A stretch of DNA of 64,000 bases from Mobula hypostoma (Eukaryota). The number at the start of each line of letters is the position of its first letter. Position 1 is the first letter of the stretch. Where the stretch lies: contig NC_086097.1 in assembly GCF_963921235.1 (NCBI RefSeq), forward strand, positions 7,812,001-7,876,000, given 5' to 3'. Positions 38,936 to 49,109 of this stretch are shown in pieces. The notes beneath the pieces are model-generated. The model searched no databases. It was not told the DNA's origin and worked only from the letters and a program-made list of their open reading frames with translations. Both the position numbers and the translations under genes were made by a program.

Positions 38936-39041
38936 AGATACTGGGAACGTTTTGACTCGTTGGTTCGGTGTTCCAAAGGTGTGCTGATAATGCAACAGAT
39001 CCTGCCAATACACTTTAACAATGGCATCCGTGCATTCATTT
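38936..39041 (-). other. Candidate spliced exon (open frame NECTDAIVKVYWQDLLHYQHTFGTPNQRVKTFPVS)
   Basis: ttttcttattgttaaaAG acceptor and GTGAGT donor, in non-repeat DNA. Confidence 0.4.
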
Positions 39042-39110
39042 CTTTTAACAATAAGAAAATTTGGAGGTTCTCATAAAATGCAGAACTAATGGAACAAAAC
39101 TAACTAAAAT

Positions 39111-41058
39111 GCCAAACCAAAGTAATTATTCAATTGGTCTGCCATGTCCTTGCTCACCATAATCAATTCACCTGTTTCTGTCTGCAGGGGACCTACATTT
39201 GTCTTTACCAGTCTTTTCCTTTTTACATATCTATAAAAGCTTTTACAGTCCGTTTTTATGTTCCCTGCCAGTGTTCTCTCATAATCTTTTTTCCCCTTCC
39301 TAATTAAGTCCTTTGTCCTCCTCTGCTGAACTCTGAATTTCTCCCAGTCCTCAGGTGAGCCACTTTCTCTGGCTAATTTGTATGCTTCTTCTTTGGAATT
39401 GATACTATCCCTAATTTCTCTTGTCAGCCACGGGTGCACTACCTTCCTTGATTTATTCTTTTGCCAAACTGGGATGAACAATTGTTGTAGTTAGTTAGTT
39501 AGTTAGAGTGCTTAAGGAAGTAGCCCAAGAAATAGTGGATGCATTAGTGATAATTTTTCAAAACTCGTTAGATTCTGGGCTAGTTCCTGAGGATTGGAGG
39601 GTGGCTAATGTAACCCCACTTTTTAAAAAAGAGGGAGAGAGAAACCGAGGAATTATAGACCGGTTAGCCTAACGTCGGTGGTGGGGAAACTGCTGGAGTC
39701 AGTTATCAAGGATGTGATAACAGCACATTTGGAAAGCAGTGAAATGATCGGACAAAGTCAGCATGGATTTGTGAAAGGAAAATCATGTCTGACGAATCTC
39801 ATAGAATTTTTTGAGGATGTAACTAGTAGAGTGGATAGGGGAGAACCAGTGGATGTGGTATATTTGGATTTTCAAAAGGCTTTTGACAAGGTCCCACACA
39901 GGAGATTAGTGTGCAAACTTAAAGCACACGGTATTGGGGGTAAGGTATTGGTGTGGGTGGAGAATTGGTTAGCAGACAGGAAGCAAAGAGTGGGAATAAA
40001 CGGGACCTTTTCAGAATGGCAGGCGGTAACTAGTGGGGTACCGCAAGGCTCAGTGCTGGGACCCCAGTTGTTTACAATATATATTAATGACTTGAATGAG
40101 GGAATTAAATGCAGCATCTCCAAGTTTGCGGATGACACAAAGCTGTGTGGCAGTGTTAGCAGTGAGGAGGATGCTAAGAGGATGCAGGGTGACTTGGATA
40201 GGTTGGGTGAGTGGGCAAATTCATTGCAGATGTAATTTAATGTGGATAAATGTGAAGTTATCCACTTTGGTGGCAAAAATAGGAAAACAGATTATTATCT
40301 GAATGGTGGCCGATTAGGAAAAGGGGAGGTGCAACGAGACCTGGGTGTCATTATACACCAGTCATTGAAAGTGGGCATGCAGGTACAGCAGGCGGTGAAA
40401 AAGGCGAATGGTATGCTGGCATTTATAGCGAGAGGATTCGAGTACAGGAGCAGGGAGGTACTACTGCAGTTGTACAAGGCCTTGGTGAGACCACACCTGG
40501 AGTATTGTGTGCAGTTTTGGTCCCCTAATCTGAGGAAAAACATCTTTGCCATAGAGGGAGTACAAAGAAGGTTCACCAGATTGATTCCTGGGATGGCAGG
40601 ACTTTCATATGAAGAAAGACTGGATGAACTGGGCTTGTACTCATTGGGATTTAGAAGATTGAGGGGGGATCTGATTGAAATGTATAAGATCCTAAAGGGA
40701 TTGGACAGGCTAGATGCAGGAAGATTGTTCCCGATGTTGGGGAAGTCCAGAACGAGGGGTCACAGTTTGAGGATAAAGGGGAAGCCTTTTAGGACCGAGA
40801 TTAGGAAAAACTTCTTCACACAGAGAGTGGTGAATCTGTGGAATTCTCTGCCACAGGAAACTGTTGAGGCCAGTTCATTGGCTATATTTAAGAGGGAGTT
40901 AGATATGGCCCTTGTGGCTACGGGGGTCAGGGGGTATGGAGGGAAGGCTGGGGCAGGGTTCTGAGTTGGATGATCAGCCATGATCATAATAAATGGCGGT
41001 GCAGGCTCGAAGGGCCGAATGGCCTACTCCTGCACCTATTTTCTATGTTTCTATGTTT
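39111..41058 (+). mobile_element. Young CR1 with inverted 5' segment (39111-39490 minus; 39505-41058 plus)
   Basis: RT motifs QHGFVKGKSC, DFQKAFDKV, GVPQGSVLGP, KFADD on the plus strand. Upstream linker (KTDCKSFYRYVKRKR) on the minus strand. Candidate TSD CTAAAAT. Confidence 0.92.
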
Positions 41059-41143
41059 CTAAAATAAAGCAGTTATGTTCCCATTAGAAATTTTGTTTAC
41101 TGGAATGTTTCCTTGTCAATCTTTACCGAACAATGAAAGATAA

Positions 41144-41846
41144 CGTAAGGGGGTTTCGTCTCTCATGTTACTGCGTAGACTAATTAAAATGGCTTCTTTG
41201 TTATGTTATACTTGGGAATGCTTCTTTGTTATGTTAAACGCTGAGAAAGTTTTTTGCGCTAGCAGCTTGTTTTGGGTTAGGCGGTGATAGGAAAATGTTA
41301 CGAAGCAATTGGGATAGTTGTTATGATTTTGGTGTATTTGGAAGAGTTGTATGTGCGGGGTTTTGGGGGGAGAAGGGCGGGAGAGAGAGACAGAGGATGG
41401 ACCAGGTGCTGTGAGTCCGCTAATGGGGTCAGACCCTGAGGAGGGCGTTCGGCGAGGAGAGGAGATGGAGACGGACTCGTGTGGAGTGTCTGGTCGACCA
41501 CCGTTGTTGGTCCCAGGCGGCCGGTCGAGGTGGTCCGAGGGGTCGCAGGGTGAAGAAGAAGAGTCCTGAGCTCCAACTGTTTGTGCATGAAGAGATTGGA
41601 CTTTGATAAGGGTGGCGCCTTTTATTTTTCGTTTATATTTTATTCTCTGTTAATTATATAGTTCCAATAATATCTATAAACTGTAAATCATTTAATTGTA
41701 TTGGGTGTATTGTCTGTTATTTGGGTGGGGTGGGGTACATCACACAGCATCCACACAAACTAATTACCCATTTTGGCGGGGGCGAGGGCTGTTTCCCTAG
41801 ATGACAGCGAGCCGAGCGGACCCTGAGGGTGGTCAGGGAGGCTACA
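41144..41846 (+). mobile_element. Solo LTR (703 bp)
   Basis: (C)GTAAG...CTACA; 4-bp TSD ATAA at 41140-41143 and 41847-41850. Confidence 0.85.
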
Positions 41847-42199
41847 ATAATGTAATACACACAAAATGCCAGAGGAATTCAACGGGTCAGGCAGCATCAA
41901 TGTAAAAGAGTAAATAATCAACCCTTTGGGCTGAGACCCTTCATCAAGACTTCAATAAATCACTTTAATAACATGGATTGCTGGCATAAGAAGAGCAGGT
42001 GTGAATGTGGCTTAATTAATCTTCTTTTGTTATTTCTCAACAATCACTCAATGTATTATTACAAGTCTAAATCATCACCTAGGATTCAACTCCAATTTAA
42101 TGGTAAACCTCAGTGTCAAGCAGTGTAGCTATAGGTCCAGCCATTTTAACTATTCTTATGATTCAAGATTGTTTAATGTCAATTCTAGTCATTCACTTG

Positions 42200-42560
42200 T
42201 TATGTGCTATGCATTATGATGTAGGCAGACATGGTGTTTCCATGACCATGATTGTTCTTGACCAATTTTTCTACAGAAGTGGTTTGCCATTGCCTTCTTT
42301 TGGGCATTGTCTTTACAAGACAAGTGAGCCCAGCCATTATCAGAAATTGTCTGCCTGACATCAGTGGTCGCATAACCAGGATTTGTGATATGCACCAGCA
42401 ACTCACACGGCCATCCAGCACCTGCTTCCATGGCTTCACGTGACCCTGATCGGGAGGCTAAGCAGGTGCTACACCTTGTCCAAGGGTGAACTATAGGCTA
42501 ATGGATGGAAAGAGCGTCTTCCTTCTCCTTTGTTAGAGACATATTTCCACCCCGCCACTC
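42200..42560 (-). mobile_element. RTE-related SINE (uninterrupted copy of the 7065-8033 family)
   Basis: Reverse complement is colinear with 7065-7373 + 7947-8030. Confidence 0.75.
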
Positions 42561-43415
42561 TGCAGTTCAATTCTTAATAAAAGAAAGCTATATATTACAA
42601 TAAATATATAAATAAGTAGTGCAAATAAAAAGCAATGAAAAATAGTGAGCAAGTGTTCATGGTTTCATGGTCCATTCAGAAATCTGATGGCAGAGGGGAA
42701 AAATGTGTTCCTGAAACTTTGAGTGTGTGTCTTCATGCTCCTGTACCTCCTTCCTGTTGGTAGCAATGAGCAGAGGACGTATCCTGGATGCACTTTCCAA
42801 AGCTGAGATGGGGAGGAACAGTGAGGTACTAGAGATCAGGGATTAAGGAGCATGAAGGTTGACCATAGTGTGGCATTCAATAGAAATGGAGTAGAAAAGG
42901 ATCAGAAGCATGATATTGGAAAATGATAAGGGAAGAGTTTATCTCATGTTGGAAAATTCAATATTCATTCCAGAAGGCTGCAGAGTTGTATAAGGATTTT
43001 GAAGATATGTTCAATATAGCACCAGAAATTGCTGGCTCTGTGTGCAGCTCCAAAGGGAATCATCAGATATTCCCGTTTAGGGCTACTACAGCTAAAATGT
43101 AGTCATAACCATGGGAATTTCAGAAAGCAACAGTGTTTTAAGATGTTTCTACTTATTTAAAAAAATGTATAAAATATATATAATATTATATAAATACACA
43201 AATATATGTTTATATATATTTCTTATTGTAATTAATAGTTTTTAATTATGTATTGCACCGTACTGCTACCACAAAATAACAATTTTCACACTATATGCCA
43301 GTGATATTAAACCTGATTCTGATTCTGATTACTTTGGAGAATTGTCTTTGATTTGAAGATTCCAAACACATGTAAGATAGGAACCACTAAATGTCCCATT
43401 CACCGCTCACTCTAC

Positions 43416-44080
43416 TCAAGGCTGCTGTGCAGGTTGGCTCTGTGGTTAAGAAGGCATACGGTGCTTTGGCCTTCATTAATCGTGTGATTGAGTTTAGGAG
43501 CCAAGCAGGAATGCTGCAGCTATATAGGACCCTGGTCAGACCCCATTTTGAGTACTGTGCTCAGATCTGGTCGCCTCACTACAGGAAGGATGTGGAAGCC
43601 ATAGAAAGGGTGCAGAGGAGATTTACAAGGATGTTGCCTGGATTGGGGAGCATGCCTTATGAGAATAGGTTGAGTGAACTCAGCCTTTTCTCCTTGGAGC
43701 GACGGAGTATAAGACGTGACCTGATAGAGGTGAATAAGATGATGAGAGGCATTGATCGTGTGGATAGTCAGAGGCTTTTTCCCAGGGCGAAAATGGCTAG
43801 CATGAGAAGGCACAGTTTTAAGGTGTTTGGAAGTAGGTACAGAGGAGATATCAGGGGTAAGTTTTTTACACAGAGAGTAGTGAGTGTGTGGAAAAGGCTG
43901 CCGGCAATGGTGGTGGAGGCAAATACTATAGTGTATTTTAAGAGACTCCTGGACAGGTACATGGAGCTCAGAAAAATAGAGGGCTATGGTAACCTGAGGT
44001 AATTTCTAAAGTAAGAAAATGTTTGGCACAGCTTTGTGGGCCGAAGGACCTGTATTGTGCTGTAGGTTTTCTATGTTTCT
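43416..44080 (+). mobile_element. CR1 3' fragment
   Basis: [30 protein letters not shown]; ttctatgtttct tail. Confidence 0.9.
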
Positions 44081-44155
44081 GTGTTAGTTCAATGAGCTGA
44101 ATGTGCAGGAGGACAGTACAACAGGAAGCGGGTATTCATTCGAAGTACATTTACT

Positions 44156-44612
44156 GTTGTTGTTGTTGTTCATCCATCGTTGACATCGATGAGGACCTCG
44201 ACATCATTATGATGGTGTCGAGACTAGCGCGTGATTTGGATTTAAGTGAGGGAGAGTTGCGCAGCGTCAACCTCACTCTCTCTTCCCAATTCCCATCTGG
44301 ATCCAGTGGCAAGACAGAGTCTAGACGGCTGGAGATGGGACTAGGCACAGTGGATGACCAGGACGTCTTCTGTGTCTTGTCCTGCTCTACACGTTCCACG
44401 ACACTTGCAGAGGCCGCCTTCTTGACCGTTGGACCTTCCATTGGTCTCGTCCGCTCAAACCGCCGGAGTCTGTCTTCGCATGCTGGGATAGACAACTCCC
44501 TATCTCACCGAGGGTTTGAGACCCGTCGGCTACCCTCACCTGGTTTAGCCGGCTTGTCAAAGCCGTTGCCCAGGGTGTGGCCGCTGTCACATGCAAACAG
44601 CTACGGGGAGCC
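44156..44612 (-). mobile_element. Ribozyme-headed non-autonomous retroelement, copy 1 (5'-truncated inside the ribozyme)
   Basis: (caa)n 3' tail. 9-bp TSD ACATTTACT at 44147-44155 and 44613-44621. Near-identical to 58939-59392. Confidence 0.88.
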
Positions 44613-44959
44613 ACATTTACTATCATAGTACGTATATATCACCATATCCTACCCTGAGACACATTCTATTGTGAGCATTCACAGCAGAGCAAGGAAACAC
44701 AATAAAATCGATGAAAAACTACACACAAAGACCGGTAAACATCAAATGTATAAAAGAAAAAGAAGAAAATACAATAAAAACAAAAATAAATAAATTGTCA
44801 TTAAATGATACTGACAGCATGACTTGTAGTGTCTTTGAAATTGAGTCCATAGGTTGTGGAATCAGATCCGAGTGTTGAGATGAGTGAGTTATCCTCACTG
44901 GTTCAGGAAGTTAGGCTGGAGAAATGATAACATAACAATTTGGACTCTGTCTCTAATGA

Positions 44960-45260
44960 TAAACATGAGAAAATCTTCAGATGCTGGAAATCCAAATTAA
45001 CACACATAAAATGCTGGTAGAACTCAGTAAGTCAGGCAGCATCTATGGAAATTAATAAACAGTCAATGTTTCAGGCTAAGACCCTTCTTCAGGACTGGAA
45101 AGAAAGGGGGAAGGTGCCCGAATAAAAAAGTGGGGGTACAGATAGGAGGTTAGCTGAAAGGTGATAGTTGAAGCCAGGTGGATAGGAAAGGTCAAAGGCT
45201 GCAAAAGAAGGAATCTGCTGCTTAACCTGTTGAGCTCCTCCAGTATTTTGCATGTTTCCT
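44960..45260 (-). mobile_element. Penelope pLTR remnant
   Basis: Conserved pLTR text with an inverted end piece; carries the best hammerhead copy. Confidence 0.75.
45060..45097 (-). ncRNA. Minimal type I hammerhead ribozyme motif
   Basis: CAGUC-CUGAAGA-AGG(gucuuag)CCU-GAAA-CAUU-GACUG: stem I, CUGANGA, stem II, GAAA and an NUH site are all present. Confidence 0.7.
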
Positions 45261-45569
45261 CTGTCTCTATTGCCTTTGGTTTCCCTCTGGAACACTTGTT
45301 ATAGAGTCAGACAGTCATACAGCACAGGAATAGGCATTTCGGCCCATCTAGTTTATGCTGAACTAGTTATCTTCCTAGTCCCATCAACCAGGAGTTTGTA
45401 AACACTCTATTCATTTTTATTGAAGGGATCACTGAATATTTGCCATTCTGGTATTTGTATTGCGAAAGATTCTGCTTGCAATTAACTTAAAATCAAGAAT
45501 ATTCTATGCATTGGATTACTGCAGCTATTCAACAAAGGCAAATGTAAAATATTTCAGAGGCTGGAAGAA

Positions 45570-47240
45570 AGACAAAGGACCAGAATTAAGCCACCCGGCC
45601 CATTGAGCCTGCTCTGTCACTTTATCATGGCTGCTCCATAGCCCTTGCAATCCCATTCTTCTGCCTTCTCCCCATAACGTTTGACACCCTAACTAATCAA
45701 GAACCTATCAACCTCTGTGTTAAATGTACTCATTGATTTGCTTTCCACAGCCATCTGCGGCAATAAATTGCACAGATTCAGCACACTCTGGCTTAAGAAA
45801 TTGCTCCTCATCTCTGTCTAAAGGAATGTCCCTCTATTCTGAGGCTGTGCCATCTGGTCCTGGTGTCATCTACTATATGAAACAGCCTTTCCACATCCAC
45901 TCTATCTAAGCCTTTCAATATTTGATAGGTTGCAATGAGATCTCCCTTCATTCTTCTAAACTCTAGTGAGTACATTTCCAGAGCTATCAAGTGCCCCTGA
46001 TACATTAACCCTTTCATTCCTGGAATTATTCTCGTGAACCTCCTCTGGACTGTCTCCACTGCCAGCACATCTTTTCTCAGATACGGAGCCCAAAACCGCT
46101 CACAATACTCCAAGTGCAGTCTGAACAATGCCTTATAAAGCCTCCGTATTACATCCTTGTGTCTATAGTACATTCCAGTGCTCTCAAAATGAGTACTAAC
46201 ATTGCATTTGACTTCCTCACCACTGATTCAATCTGCAAATTAACCGTTAGGGAATCCTGCACAAGTACTCGCAAGTCAATTAGCATCTCTGATTTTTGAA
46301 TTTTCTCCCTGTTTAGAAAAAAGTCTATGCCTTTATTCCTTCTGCCAAAGTGCATGACCATACACTTCCCTACACTATATCCCATCTGCTACTTATTTGC
46401 CACTTCTTCCAATCTGTCTAACTTTTTTTGCAGATTCTCTGCTTCCTCATCACCACCTGCCCCTCCACCTTTCTTTGTATCAATCACAAACTTGGCCACA
46501 AAACCACTGATTCTGTCATCCAAATCATGAACAACATAATGTGGAAAGACGTGGTCCTAATTCCAAACCTTGCAAAATAACATTCATCACCGGCAGTCAG
46601 CTAGTCAAATAGACCCATTTTTCCACATTCTTTGCCTCCTGTCAGTTAGCCAATCTTCTATTCATGCTAGTACTCCTTTCCCTATTGCCATGGGCTCTTA
46701 TTTTGTTAAGCAACCTCATATGCGGTTCCTTGTCAAAGGCCTTCTGAAAATCCAAATAAACAACATTCACTGACCCTCCTTTGTCTATCCTACCTGTATT
46801 TCCTCAAATATTTCAATAGATTTGTTAGGCAAGATTTCCTCTTAAGGAACTATGCAATCCTTTGGCCTATTTTATCATGTGCCTCCAAATACCCCAAAAC
46901 TAATCCTTAATAATTGACAGCAACATCTTCCCAACCACTGAAATCTGAATATCTGAAGTATAATTTCATTTCTTCTGCCTTCCTCCCTTCTTAAAAATGG
47001 AGTGACATTTGCAAGTTTACAGTCCTCTGGAACCATTGCAGAATCTGGTGGTTGCTGAAAGATCATTGCTAATGCCTCCACAATCTCCTCAGCCACCTCT
47101 TTCAGAACCCCGGGATGTAGATCTTTTCAGTTTCCCAAACAAAATCTCCTTAGTAATAGTAACTACACTAACTTCTGCTCTCCGACACTCAAATTTCTAG
47201 CATTCTGCTGGTATCTTCCACAGTAAATACTGATGCAAAA
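45570..47240 (-). mobile_element. Old CR1 ORF2 fragment
   Basis: LYKALFRLHLEYCERFWAP; MVPEDCKLANVTP. Confidence 0.85.
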
Positions 47241-47254
47241 AGCTGTGCATATTA

Positions 47255-47800
47255 AGACTGCTTTGTCAAACAACCATGCTCCAGCCATTGGAGTTGAGCT
47301 TCTCAGTGGCCAAACATTTTGGTTCTGATTCCCATTTCCATTCTGACATGTCGATCCATGGCCTCCTTTTGTTTCAGGATGGGGCTAGCTCAGGGTGGAG
47401 GAACAGCATATTATATTCGGTATAACCTGGTGACGAGTATATCAATGTTTTGTTCTTTAAAAGAAATATCCCTCCCCCTCCCCTTTTCTTCTATTCCCCC
47501 AATCTGGCCTCTCACCTACGTATCACCTCTCATGGGTCCTCTCCTTCCTTTCTCCCATGGTCCACGCTCTAGTCCTATCAGATTTCTTCTTTTCCTGCCC
47601 TTTATCTTTCCAAACACCTGGCTTCAGTTATTATCTTCTAGCTATCCCCCTTCCCTTCCCCCCAACTTTTTATTCTGGCATCTTCACCCTTTCTTTCCAG
47701 TCCTGAAAAAGAGTCTCGGCCCAAAACATCGAGTGTTTATTGATTTTCATAGATACCGCCTGACTTGCTGAGTTTTTCCAGCATTTTGTGGGTGTTGCTC
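47255..47800 (+). mobile_element. Degenerate Penelope 3' end + pLTR
   Basis: Homologous to 31880-32520 (cagtggcca.acatttt, ggaggaaca.ca..ttatattc). Confidence 0.75.
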
Positions 47801-49109
47801 TGCTTTCTTGGAGAAAATACGCTCCAATCAGTGTGTCAAGGGAAATTCAAAAGTGAAAAGCGTTTTTCCCTGAAGGTTTAGTGGGACCAAGCTCTGATGT
47901 ATCCATATGGATTGAAGGTATTTATACTAGAGCCATACTTGACACGGGTTCCTAAGTTACTTTACTTTACGGATCCTTTTACAAACAGTTTTTGACACAT
48001 TTACCATTGATGCCACACAGTGCCCTTGAGATTTGTGGGCTTAGTGCTGATGATTACCTGTATGATTTGACAGCAACGCAGACACAGTAGAAGCCTTGGT
48101 ATGCAAGGGGATTGGGAAAAACAGGTTGGTGTCGGATCACAAGAGAGGGAATTTGTTCAATGCCTATGAGATCGTTTTTTCGAGCAGCTTGTGCTTGAGC
48201 CAGCTCAGGAAAAGGTTATCACAAATTGGATGTTGAGTAATAATCCAGGTTCTATTAGGAAGCTTCAGGTAAAGGAATCCTTAGGAGGCAGTGATCATAA
48301 TATAATTGAATTCATACCGCAATCTAAGAGTGAGAAGAATAAGTCAGATGTTTTAGTATCGCAATAGAATAAAGGCAATTACGGAGGCATGAGAGATGGG
48401 CTTGCTCAGGTGGATTGGAGGGGGATGCTGGCAAGGATGACAGCAGTGTAGAGATGACTAAAGTTTCTAGGAATAATTCACAAGGCACAGGTTAGATATG
48501 TCTCACAGAAGAAAAAGTTCTCAAAGGCAGGGGCAAGCAACCGTGGATGCCAAGGGAAGTTAAGGACTGCATAAAAGCCAAGGAAAGGGCATATAATATA
48601 GCAAACGTGACTGGGAAGTTGGCTGATTGGGAATTTTTTTATATCCCAAAAGAGGCAATTAAAGAAGCCGTATGAATGAAAAGGTGAATTCTGAGGGCAA
48701 GCTAGCTAATAATATTAAGCAGAATACTAAAAGTTTTTTCAGTTATATAAAGAGTAAAAGGGAGGTGAGAATTGATATTGGACCATGGAAAATGACGCTG
48801 GTTAGGTAGTAATGAGGGACAAAGAAATGGCGGATGAACTTAATGAGTATTTTGCATCAGTCTTCGCTGTGGAAGATACTGCCAGTGTGTCAGAGGTTTG
48901 TGAGTGTCAGGGAGCAGGAGTGAGAATCATTGATATTACAAAGGAAAAAGTGCCAGGCAAACTCAAAAATGTCTTAAGGTGGACAAGTCATCTGGATCAG
49001 AGGGACTACATCCCAGAGTCTTACCATAGAACCATAGAACCATAGAAACTACAGCACAGAATCAGGCCCTTTGGCCCTTCTTGGCTGTGCCGAACCATTT
49101 TCTGCCCAG

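Noticed and set aside
44101..44628. 175-aa ORF repeated at 59 kb (MMVSRLARDLDLSEG...)
   Set aside because: Antisense reading of a GC-rich repeat. Similarity between copies is at DNA level and no domain is recognisable.
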